Source: Xanthobacteraceae bacterium
Lineage (GTDB): Bacteria; Pseudomonadota; Alphaproteobacteria; Rhizobiales; Xanthobacteraceae
Direction of reading: 5' to 3'
NCBI GenBank assembly: GCA_035703785.1
Contig: DASSXN010000118.1
Coordinates: 40,202-104,201, forward strand
Length of the DNA: 64,000 bases
Of the stretch, positions 26,441 through 34,727 are shown in pieces. The notes beneath the pieces were generated by a model. That model did no database searches, was not told where the DNA came from, and saw nothing but the letters and a program-made list of their open reading frames with translations. Position 1 is the first letter of the stretch; the number at the start of each line of letters is the position of its first letter. The translations under genes and the position numbers were made by a program.

Positions 26441-28186
26441 ATGCGTCCGACCGCTTCTGTGCTTGCATTTATCTTTCTCATTTCCACCGCTGTTGTGACG
26501 GGCGCGAACGCGCAGCGCGAGCGGCACGGCCCTGGCGGTGGTGGCGCACCCGGCGGCGGTGGCGGCGGCGGTGGCTTCTCCATGCCCCGCGGTGGCGGGG
26601 GCGGCGGCGGTGGCGGCGGTTTTACCGCAGCGCCTCGTATTTCAGCGCCGCAGACTTCAGCGCCCCACTTCTCGGCGCCGAGCGCGCGTTTCACTGCGCC
26701 TCGCACGGCGGCGCCGCATATTGCAACAGCCCCCCGCTCTACCGCACCGCACATTACTTCACGGAATTTTACTGCGCCGCACACGACTGCGCACGTACCG
26801 GCGTCCGAGCGATTTGCAGGGCGCCACGTCACCGCCCCGCGGTCTAGCGTCGCTGCCCGGAACGTCGCTCGGCAGGGGCCGACTGGGAAGCCTGGGAAGC
26901 CAAGTGCAAAGGCGCTCGCGGATCGCAATGTCACCCCGCGTTTGAGCAACAATGTTCCGGCGACTTCGACCAAAGCCAAGCTGCCAACGACCACCGCCAC
27001 TGGCGCCGGAGCCACCAGCCCCGGCGGTGCAGCGACCAAGAATGCGCGGCAGTTGACGCTCAACACGCCGCAAACGAAGCATCTGCAGATGCATTACACC
27101 GGCGGTTCGCCGATCTTGCGCAATACGACGCTGGCCAATCTGTCGTCGCGTGATCCCACAACGCGATCTTTGACGCAGTCGACCTTCCGCGGCAACTTTG
27201 CCCAATCGAATTGGGGCAAAGACTGGGGTTGGCGACACCACCACGACCATTTCGTCTTCGGTTTCGTGCTCGGCTTTGTCGGCCCGGTGTTCTGGCCCTA
27301 CGCCTATGACGATTGTATCGATTACCTGTTCTGGCCGTATGCCTACGACACCTTCTGGCCGTATGCGTTCGACGATGTCTTCGAAGGCATCTATGGAGCC
27401 TATGCGCCTGAATATTATGCGCCCGAAGACGTCTATGCTTATGCTGGCGCGCCAGCTTCGAGCACAGTTTATTCCTCTGCGACTGGGGTCTCACGGCCGT
27501 CAGCTGCGCTGCCCGGCGGCTCGCAAATCTGCTCGGGGCAAGAGCAAGGACTGACCGACTTCCCGATCGAGCGGATCGCTCAGCAGGTTAATCCCGATCG
27601 GCACCAGCGGGCATTGCTCAATGATTTGAAAGCCGCCACGGCTAAGGCGGTGGGCGTTCTAAAGGCAAACTGCCCGAACGAACTGGCGAGCACGCCTACA
27701 GGCCGGCTCACGGCAATGCGAAGTCGGGTCGAGGCGATGCTGCAGGCGGTGCAAGAAGTCCGCCCGGCGCTCGATGCCTTCTACAACTCTCTGAACGACG
27801 AGCAGAAGGAGCGCTTCAATGCGCTTGACGAAGATATCAACACGGCGGGTCGCGAGACCGATGTTGGCGGGCTGTGCAACAGGTCTACGCGCAGCACCGG
27901 GCTGCCGGTTGCTCGGATCGAGCGATCGCTGCAGTTGAACGTGCGCCAGGACACCGCGCTGAAGGATTTCAACGATGCGTCGGCGCAGGCCGCAGACATC
28001 CTCAAAGGCAGCTGCCAGCAAGGTCAGAGCTTGACGCCGACCGGGCGTTTGGCGGCGATGGCGGGTCGTCTTAATTCCATGCTGCAAGCTCTCGACACGG
28101 TGCAGCCGGCGCTGGTGAAGTTTTACGACTCGCTGAGCGACGAACAGAAGGCGCGTTTCGACCGGCTCAATGTACGTCCGGCGTAA
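26441..28186 (+). CDS. Spy/CpxP (LTXXQ-type) family periplasmic protein with long low-complexity N-terminal region
   Basis: GGAGGA SD and a signal peptide. Two C-terminal paralogous modules: TPTGRL.AM..R...MLQA...V.PAL..FY.SL.DEQK.RF. Also poly-Gly tracts, (S/T)APH repeats and FWPYAYD x3. Confidence 0.8.
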   Translation: MRPTASVLAFIFLISTAVVTGANAQRERHGPGGGGAPGGGGGGGGFSMPRGGGGGGGGGGFTAAPRISAPQTSAPHFSAPSARFTAPRTAAPHIATAPRSTAPHITSRNFTAPHTTAHVPASERFAGRHVTAPRSSVAARNVARQGPTGKPGKPSAKALADRNVTPRLSNNVPATSTKAKLPTTTATGAGATSPGGAATKNARQLTLNTPQTKHLQMHYTGGSPILRNTTLANLSSRDPTTRSLTQSTFRGNFAQSNWGKDWGWRHHHDHFVFGFVLGFVGPVFWPYAYDDCIDYLFWPYAYDTFWPYAFDDVFEGIYGAYAPEYYAPEDVYAYAGAPASSTVYSSATGVSRPSAALPGGSQICSGQEQGLTDFPIERIAQQVNPDRHQRALLNDLKAATAKAVGVLKANCPNELASTPTGRLTAMRSRVEAMLQAVQEVRPALDAFYNSLNDEQKERFNALDEDINTAGRETDVGGLCNRSTRSTGLPVARIERSLQLNVRQDTALKDFNDASAQAADILKGSCQQGQSLTPTGRLAAMAGRLNSMLQALDTVQPALVKFYDSLSDEQKARFDRLNVRPA

Positions 28187-28221
28187 TTCGCCGACTCCGC
28201 TGGTCAGGCGCGTGTCCGCGC

Positions 28222-28257
28222 CTAAAAAGAAAGGGACCGGCACGATGGCCGGTCCCT
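28222..28257 (-). terminator. Rho-independent terminator (for the minus-strand small lipoprotein gene; may act in both directions)
   Basis: Perfect 9-bp stem gggaccggc/gccggtccc, followed on the minus strand by TTTCTTTTT. Confidence 0.7.
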
Positions 28258-28275
28258 CAACCCCCCAACACTTGC

Positions 28276-28389
28276 CTAGCCTTTGGTAACAACCGGCGGC
28301 GGGGCTTTGCCCTTGCCGTAGTATTGCGCACAGCCCGCGATGCTGAGGAGAGCAAGCACCGCGGCCAGTGGTAGAGCGAGCTTCTTCAT
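28276..28389 (-). CDS. small lipoprotein (37 aa), below the ORF-track length cut-off
   Basis: My translation is MKKLALPLAAVLALLSIAG|CAQYYGKGKAPPPVVTKG. It has a lipobox, a GGGGAG SD, and its own terminator. Confidence 0.6.
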   Translation of the reverse strand: MKKLALPLAAVLALLSIAGCAQYYGKGKAPPPVVTKG

Positions 28390-28616
28390 GGAAGTAACTC
28401 CCCTTGTCATGACGCCCTCACCCTACCGGCGTGGGCTCGTGCTCCTCTAGTGTTGGAAAGACACACATGCGCTGCCGCAGCGTGCCGACACGGTCGCCCC
28501 CAAACGGCTTTTTTGCGGCGATGGAACTTGCCACAATTAGGCAGCTGCGATGGCCTCGATTTCGATCAGGAAATTCGGACCGTAGTAAGTAAAATACGCC
28601 GCGGAGGAATTGACCC

Positions 28617-29516
28617 ATGCCTATCACCGTTTGTCCCGTCACACCCGGTTTTGTCGCTGAAATCGCCGACGTCGACTTGTCGACATCGCTCGAACCAGCC
28701 GACCTCCTGGCGATCAAAGAAGCATTCACGACATATGCAGTGCTGATCTTCCCCGATCAGCATTTATCGCAGGATCAGCATCTCGACTTCGCCAGAAACT
28801 TCGGTCCGCTCGAGACCACGATCGCGCTGTTCCGCAAAGACGCGAAATTGCGCGTGCGCAAGGAGTTCGCCGACGTCTCCAATCTCGATGCCGACAACAA
28901 GGTCTGGGGCGAGAACTCGCGCCGACGCATGTTTGAGCTCGGCAATCGGCTGTGGCACACCGACAGCTCATTCAAGCGCCTGCCGGCGCGGGCATCGCTG
29001 CTCTATGCGCGCTCGATTCCGCCGATCGGTGGCCACACCGAATTTGCCGATGAACGGGCCGCCTACGATGCGCTGCCCGAAGACACGAAGCGGCGGCTGC
29101 AAGATCTTGTCGCGGAGCACTCGATCTTCAATTCGCGCGCGCGACTGGGCTTCACCGAGTTCAGCGACGAAGAGCGGGAAGGCATGCCGCCGGTGCCGCA
29201 AGCGCTGGTGCGTGTCATCCCGGAATCGGGCCGCAAATCGCTTTATCTCGCGTCGCATGCCGGCCGCATCTTCGGCATGCCCGAGCCGGAAGGGCGGGCG
29301 CTGATCGATGGACTCATAGCGCACGCTACCCAGCGGCAATTCGTCTACACGCATCGCTGGCGGGTCCATGACCTGGTGATCTGGGACGATCGCTGCACCA
29401 TGCATCGCGGATCCGAATTCGACGACCTGCGCTGGAAACGCGACATGCAGCGCGCCACGGTGTCCGACATCGCCAATTCCTGCGAGCAGGAGGGCCTCGC
29501 CGTTGCAGCGGCGTAG
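28617..29516 (+). CDS. TauD/TfdA family Fe(II)/2-oxoglutarate dioxygenase
   Basis: LWHTDSSF (His/Asp facial triad), TEFADERAAYDAL and WDDRCTMHRG motifs typical of TfdA-like dioxygenases. Confidence 0.9.
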   Translation: MPITVCPVTPGFVAEIADVDLSTSLEPADLLAIKEAFTTYAVLIFPDQHLSQDQHLDFARNFGPLETTIALFRKDAKLRVRKEFADVSNLDADNKVWGENSRRRMFELGNRLWHTDSSFKRLPARASLLYARSIPPIGGHTEFADERAAYDALPEDTKRRLQDLVAEHSIFNSRARLGFTEFSDEEREGMPPVPQALVRVIPESGRKSLYLASHAGRIFGMPEPEGRALIDGLIAHATQRQFVYTHRWRVHDLVIWDDRCTMHRGSEFDDLRWKRDMQRATVSDIANSCEQEGLAVAAA

Positions 29517-29566
29517 CGACTAGGTCGTGTCCTCATAAATTGGGGTCGATCGACCGCAGCTGGTCA

Positions 29567-29643
29567 ATGTCCGCTTTTCACCCAATAGCGGACATCGAAC
29601 CGCGCTCACCGAATGTCCGCTTTGGGCCAATAAGAGACATTCG
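29567..29643. repeat. two copies of the ATGTCCGCTTT..AAAGCGGACAT palindromic REP family
   Basis: atgtccgct-N11-agcggacat and gaatgtccgctttgggccaataagagacattc. Confidence 0.8.
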
Positions 29644-29780
29644 CGCTTGCAGCAAAACTGCAAATCGAAAAGAACTTAACCGGCAGGCAAAACCGATTGA
29701 ATCGGTCGGGCGAATGAATCCCCGCCTGGACAGGAAAAGGCGAGCCGCGCATCATTGTGATGCATGAAGGAGAGCCTGTC

Positions 29781-30932
29781 ATGCTGTTCAATTTATGCAA
29801 TTGTGCTGCGCCGCTCGCATCGTCTGGGGGCCCCTTGTGCATCGGCGGAGTGGGCTTCGTTACCGCAGTGATGGCGACGCTCGCCGCCAATGCGCGGACA
29901 CGGGAGGCGAAAAGACTGCTCGAGAATGTGCCGGAAGTCGATCGAGTTGCCGTGCGCATCGTCACGGACAATCTCACTCAGTTGTTCGTGCCTGAAGAAA
30001 CGCGCGACAGTCTGACCATCGAACGGCGTGTTCCGTTTAGCTATCCTGACCGCTCACCACGGCACATATTGAATGCCGAATGGGGCCTCTCGTTGCACGC
30101 GCAATCCTTCGCCGGCGGCGAGGAGCGCAACGTGCTAGTCGACTTCGGATTCACGCCCGAGGTTCTCAATAACAACATGGCAATCATCGGGATCGATCCG
30201 TCTACGTTCGATGCAATGGTCCTGAGCCACGGACATTACGATCATTTCGGAGGTATGGTTGGGTTCCTTGAGAGGCACGGCCGTTCCCTGAAAAAGGAAA
30301 TCCCGTTCTACGTCGGCGGTGAGGATGCTTTTTGCATACGCCGCATCGGCGAGGGTCAATTCGGGGCGCTCGACCGCAAGGCTATTCTGGATTCCGGGCT
30401 GATGCTGATGAAGTCATCAGAGTCGGCCGTCGTCGCTGATCACGCTTTCACCACCGGCCGGATCGGGCAGGTTTCGTTCGAGACGCCTTTGCGCCCGACT
30501 ACGGAGATCATCGGCATCTTTGACGGCTTCGGCTGCTTTCCCGAAAAGATGCCACCCGAAAAAAACACAGGTGGTTACATCCCGGACGACTTTGATCATG
30601 AGATCGCCACCATCTACAACGTGAAGGGACGCGGTCTCGTCGTGCTCACGTCGTGCAGCCATCGAGGCGTCATCAATACGGTGCGCGCAGCGGTGTCCGC
30701 CTCGGGCATTGATCAAGTGCTCGCCGTCATCGGCGGCTTTCACATCGTGCCGCCGCTCAATGACGACTATATACGAAGGGCGATTGCCGAATTCCGTGAC
30801 ATCGATCCCAAATACATCATCGTCGGCCACTGCACTGGTGACCGCTTCTACGATCTCGCCCGGGCCGAACTCGGGGATAGGGTGATCCACTCCGCAGTGG
30901 GCACGCGGTTTGTGTTTACGGGCGGTCTATAA
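29781..30932 (+). CDS. MBL-fold metallo-hydrolase (COG1237-like)
   Basis: LSHGHYDHFGGM (HxHxDH) motif. ATG 29781 is preceded by AAGGAGAG. Hydrophobic N-terminal segment. Confidence 0.8.
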   Translation: MLFNLCNCAAPLASSGGPLCIGGVGFVTAVMATLAANARTREAKRLLENVPEVDRVAVRIVTDNLTQLFVPEETRDSLTIERRVPFSYPDRSPRHILNAEWGLSLHAQSFAGGEERNVLVDFGFTPEVLNNNMAIIGIDPSTFDAMVLSHGHYDHFGGMVGFLERHGRSLKKEIPFYVGGEDAFCIRRIGEGQFGALDRKAILDSGLMLMKSSESAVVADHAFTTGRIGQVSFETPLRPTTEIIGIFDGFGCFPEKMPPEKNTGGYIPDDFDHEIATIYNVKGRGLVVLTSCSHRGVINTVRAAVSASGIDQVLAVIGGFHIVPPLNDDYIRRAIAEFRDIDPKYIIVGHCTGDRFYDLARAELGDRVIHSAVGTRFVFTGGL

Positions 30933-31023
30933 CAGCGATTGTGAATTAAGCCGGTGAATTCCGCGACTTTTAACTTGGATTCAAAAACAGACTTCAGCGT
31001 TGCAAAAAAGTTGTTTTACTCGA

Positions 31024-32316
31024 TCACCTCGTCGGCGGGCGGCGACGCGGACGGTCAGATGGAACTGCGTTTACCACCGGGCGTGGTCGCGGCAACGGAA
31101 CTATCGCTGAGATGGACGCTTGCCGCTGCGGTGCGGTAGATGACGCCTCTGGGGCTTTAGGCGTGGCCGCTTCGCTCGGCAACAATTGTGGTCCGTCATG
31201 ACCAGTCATTAATTGTGTACTCGCCTGTGAGACAAAAACTTGAGTCGGCGCTACCTCTGGTGGCTGTGGTATCGATAGAGGCACAGTCTCAGCAGAGGAG
31301 GATTGTGTCTTCGCCGTTTGCGATGGTGACGATTGCGGTAGCAAGATAGAACCGTCAGCTTGATCGCCCTGCGCCTTTGGTGATTGCGATAGCTGTTGGT
31401 CCGGAGCAGCCTCAGCTTGATCACTCGGGTTCTGTGAGGGCTGCGCTCCCGTGAAAGGTGCAGCACCAGCTTCACCGCCCGCCACGTCTGGCTGTGATGT
31501 CAGCACGGAAGGTGAGGTAACGCGTACAGCTTCCCTCGGTTGCGCTTCGCGGTTAGCGCTCCCAATGTGGCCGGATGGGATCGGGTGCGTTACTGTTCCC
31601 GTTGCCTGTGAGGGGTCATTGCCGGCTGTGATCGACGGTGCGGCATTGCGGGATAATGTGGCTTCGTTCGCGGTCTGTTGCATGCTGGTAAAACTCGAAA
31701 AAACCTTCGTGCCAATGAGAAATCCAACAACAAAGCTCAGAGCCAAGTATGCTACAAGACCGCTGAGAGCCCAGAGTCGGTACTTCTTCGAGACTGAACC
31801 GCCAGCGACGGCTGCCGGCAAGTTTCTGACAGCTTCTAAATTCGAGCCAGATTCCGCAATCGTTCCAGGATTCGCAAATGCATCAGTATCGGACAATCCC
31901 AGATCGCCGGGCAGCACATTGACCTTATCAGGAGCGGCCAAATTCTGTTTTTGACCAGTGTCTCTCGTCGGTCGTGGCTTCGATTCCCGCGAAACAGTTG
32001 CCAAAAATCGTGCCGTCTCATCGTTCGCCCACAGCGTGTGGGCCATTTGTGCGATCTCTAGCTGATTGTCGAAGATCTGCACTTCGCCGAAACAGCTTTC
32101 TAAGACAGCGACGATGTTGGCGCGTCGTCGCCGCGCATCGATTTCGAGTTCGACAAATCCAAGGCCAATAGTTTCGTAGATCTTGCCGCCCTTGCCGGCG
32201 ATATTGAAGACACGAAAGCTGGAATTCGTCCAAAGATCCAGCAGAGGACCAACCAGGACTTTTTGAGGATCGTACTGGTGAAGCAATGCCTCTAAATTGG
32301 TCAAGTCGTGGATCAT
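31024..32316 (-). CDS. hypothetical single-pass membrane protein with long Pro/Ser/Gln-rich disordered C-terminal region
   Basis: 430-aa ORF, AT-richer than its flanks. About 110-aa N-terminal globular part, TM helix LWALSGLVAYLALSFVVGFLIG, then low complexity. Its ATG overlaps the upstream stop (ATGA). Confidence 0.65.
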   Translation of the reverse strand: MIHDLTNLEALLHQYDPQKVLVGPLLDLWTNSSFRVFNIAGKGGKIYETIGLGFVELEIDARRRRANIVAVLESCFGEVQIFDNQLEIAQMAHTLWANDETARFLATVSRESKPRPTRDTGQKQNLAAPDKVNVLPGDLGLSDTDAFANPGTIAESGSNLEAVRNLPAAVAGGSVSKKYRLWALSGLVAYLALSFVVGFLIGTKVFSSFTSMQQTANEATLSRNAAPSITAGNDPSQATGTVTHPIPSGHIGSANREAQPREAVRVTSPSVLTSQPDVAGGEAGAAPFTGAQPSQNPSDQAEAAPDQQLSQSPKAQGDQADGSILLPQSSPSQTAKTQSSSAETVPLSIPQPPEVAPTQVFVSQASTQLMTGHDGPQLLPSEAATPKAPEASSTAPQRQASISAIVPLPRPRPVVNAVPSDRPRRRPPTR

Positions 32317-32570
32317 GGCCTTATCGCACCGGCGGCGACCAAGCCGGTCAGGCCGGTAGCGACCGGCTCTGGGTCGCTAAGATCCATGGTCGTGGTATCA
32401 CGCCCCCACAGACCTCCGACGTTGCCCCCAATGTAGCAACCCGTCCAGCTATAGACCGGCGCGGGGGTTTGCGGCGGAGCCTTGACCGCCATATCAGCCG
32501 CACATGCCAACCCGCTCGCAGATAGGATGAAAGCGGCCCCCGAAACAATGGAAATGGCTCGGTTGCTCAT
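32313..32570 (-). pseudogene. 5' fragment of an outer-membrane beta-barrel (porin/OmpA-like) gene
   Basis: MSNRAISIVSGAAFILSASGLACA|ADMAVKAPP...YSWTGCYIGGNVGGLWG is the normal N-terminus of roughly 200-250 aa OMP beta-barrel proteins. Here the ORF stops after 85 aa. Confidence 0.5.
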
Positions 32571-32689
32571 TTGGGAATCCCCCGAAGCAACGCGATAATC
32601 GCCACCAGAAAATGGCATCCGTGGGTGCCCGAGGGGATATTCCGCAGATTTCCGGCCTGTGTTGCTCTGTAGCAACGTGCTGAACGAGT

Positions 32690-32721
32690 GAATGTCCGCT
32701 TCGGGTCAAAACCAGACATTC
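32690..32721. repeat. REP copy (ATGTCCGCTT family)
   Basis: gaatgtccgcttcgggtcaaaaccagacattc. Confidence 0.75.
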
Positions 32722-32753
32722 GAAGACGTCTGCAGCCGTTGGCGCTGCGGCGC

Positions 32754-33518
32754 TCAATTCCGCCACTGCGGATCGATGGCGTCGAGCATCCGCAAGTACG
32801 CCGGCCAATCGGCCGAGCCGCGGCCGGAATCGTGATGCTCGTATTGGTGCGCGGTCTTTTCGCAGATCTCTGCCGGGATTTCGATCAGGTCGCCGCCGGT
32901 CGCTTCCATTTTGAGCTGAATGTCGGCCGCCTCGATCAGCGACTTCATCAAGACGAAGGCTTCGCGCGCGGTCTGGCCCACCGTGAGCAGGCCGTGATTG
33001 CGCATAATTAACGCGCGGTTCTTGCCCAGCGCCTTGTTGATGCGGGCGCGCTCGCCGAAATCCTCGGTGATGCCTTCGTAATCGTGATAGCCGACGCGAT
33101 TGTAAAAACGCACCGCCGGCTGCGACACCATGCGCAGTCCGTGCTGCAATCCGGCGAGTGCCATGCCGATCTCGGTATGCACGTGGACGGCGCAGTTGAC
33201 GTCCGGCCGCGCCGACAGCACGCCGCCGTGCAGCGTGAAGCCGGGCCGATTGACGCCCGCGGACTCGTCGAGGTCGTCATCCATGCTGACCTTGACGAGG
33301 TTCGACGGCGTCACCTCGGTGTATAGGAGTTCATGCCGCTTGATCAGAAATTTGCGCTCCTCGCCGGGCACCCGCATGGAGGAATGATTGTAGATGACGT
33401 CGCCCCAGCCGTAGTGTGCGATCAGCCGATAAGTCGCGGCGAGGTCAACGCGGGCCTGCCACTCGGCAGGCGAAATTTCGGATTGCGTGACAGTGGCAAG
33501 CTTGACGTGCGGGTTCAT
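32754..33518 (-). CDS. class II aldolase/adducin family protein
   Basis: YNHSSMRVP, HGGVLSARPDVNCAVHVHT and LMRNHGLLTVG motifs. ATG 33516-33518 with GGAGG SD. Confidence 0.9.
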   Translation of the reverse strand: MNPHVKLATVTQSEISPAEWQARVDLAATYRLIAHYGWGDVIYNHSSMRVPGEERKFLIKRHELLYTEVTPSNLVKVSMDDDLDESAGVNRPGFTLHGGVLSARPDVNCAVHVHTEIGMALAGLQHGLRMVSQPAVRFYNRVGYHDYEGITEDFGERARINKALGKNRALIMRNHGLLTVGQTAREAFVLMKSLIEAADIQLKMEATGGDLIEIPAEICEKTAHQYEHHDSGRGSADWPAYLRMLDAIDPQWRN

Positions 33519-33629
33519 GAACAGGCCTCCGGGGCTCAAGCCAGTTTAGCACGATACCGCCGCGCTATGCACATCGTCGACTGCGGCGCGCTGGTGATCG
33601 GCTTATCGCTACATCGCGCATCCGGCCCC

Positions 33630-33679
33630 AACGTCCGCTTTACCCCTCAAAACAGACAAAGCGCATGAAACGGACGTTC
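33630..33679. repeat. REP copy (degenerate, ACGTCCGCTTT...CGGACGT)
   Basis: aacgtccgctttacccctcaaaacagaca...aaacggacgtt. Confidence 0.6.
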
Positions 33680-33734
33680 AGACTAAATTCTCAGACATGA
33701 TATCGTGGCATGGCCGCGATAAGAGATAGTCTCA

Positions 33735-34523
33735 ATGGGCGAAATTCAAATCCGCTACGGTGACGGCGTCGCCTATGAGCGGATGATGGGGGCTTGGAGC
33801 CGAGCAGCGGGCGAGATCTTCCTTGATTGGCTAGCGCCATCTTGCGGACTACGTTGGATCGATGTTGGCTGCGGGACCGGCGCATTTACGGAATTGCTTG
33901 TAGAACGTTGTGCGCCGGCGGAGATCGAAGGAGTTGATCCCTCTGAGGCGCAGCTGTCCTTTGCGCGCGCACGGCCCTTAGGCCAAATCGCCAAGTTTCA
34001 ACAGGGCGATGCACTGGCGCTTCCTTTCTCCGACGAGAGGTTCGATGCCGCCGTTATGGCGCTGGTAATCTTCTTTGTTCCCGATCCTGCCAAGGGCGTG
34101 GACGAGATGGTACGGGTGGTTCGTCTGGGTGGCACGGTAGCAGCTTATGTCTGGGACATGACTGGTGGTGGACATCCGCTTGAACTAATGCATGCCGAAA
34201 TGGATGCGATTGGTTTGCCTGCCCCGTGGCCACCTCGTTCCGATATAACCGGCTTGGAGGCTTTGCGGCAGTTGTGGAGAGACGCCGCGCTCGATGAAAT
34301 CGCGACCCGAGAAATCACAGTGCGCCGAACGTTTGCTGATTTTGAGGATTATTGGACGACCAGCACACTTGCTGCAACGGTTAGCCAAACGATCGCGGCT
34401 ATGGATCCAGTTAAGCTAGAGCTGCTTAAAACGCGAATGCGCGCGCAGCTGATTCCGGATGCAACAGGGCGCATCACCTGTAGTGCCCGTGTAAATGCAA
34501 TAACGGGAAGCCGACCTCAGTAG
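33735..34523 (+). CDS. class I SAM-dependent methyltransferase
   Basis: RWIDVGCGTGAFTELL (motif I) and FDAAVMALVIFFV. Confidence 0.88.
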   Translation: MGEIQIRYGDGVAYERMMGAWSRAAGEIFLDWLAPSCGLRWIDVGCGTGAFTELLVERCAPAEIEGVDPSEAQLSFARARPLGQIAKFQQGDALALPFSDERFDAAVMALVIFFVPDPAKGVDEMVRVVRLGGTVAAYVWDMTGGGHPLELMHAEMDAIGLPAPWPPRSDITGLEALRQLWRDAALDEIATREITVRRTFADFEDYWTTSTLAATVSQTIAAMDPVKLELLKTRMRAQLIPDATGRITCSARVNAITGSRPQ

Positions 34524-34570
34524 GCCAGGCTACCTGCATGCACGCAATTGGCCAGTTGAAGCGGCTCCAC

Positions 34571-34647
34571 ACGTCAGCTTCGGGTCAGAAGCGGACATGC
34601 CGCTCTGAAATTGCAATGTCTGCTTTACCCTCGAAAGCGGACACTGT
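34571..34647. repeat. two REP copies (ATGTCCGCTT family)
   Basis: acgtcagcttcgggtcagaagcggacatgc and caatgtctgctttaccctcgaaagcggacactg. Confidence 0.75.
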
Positions 34648-34727
34648 CGGGCGCGTTTATGAGTACACGCCCTAGTCTGATTCCTAGGGAAACTAATTAG
34701 CGAATTTCTCCGGGCCTAACGCGAAGC

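Noticed and set aside
26410-27066. 218-aa minus-strand ORF with a poly-Pro run
   Set aside because: It is the antisense reading of the poly-Gly region of the Spy/CpxP-like gene, which has its own SD and signal peptide.
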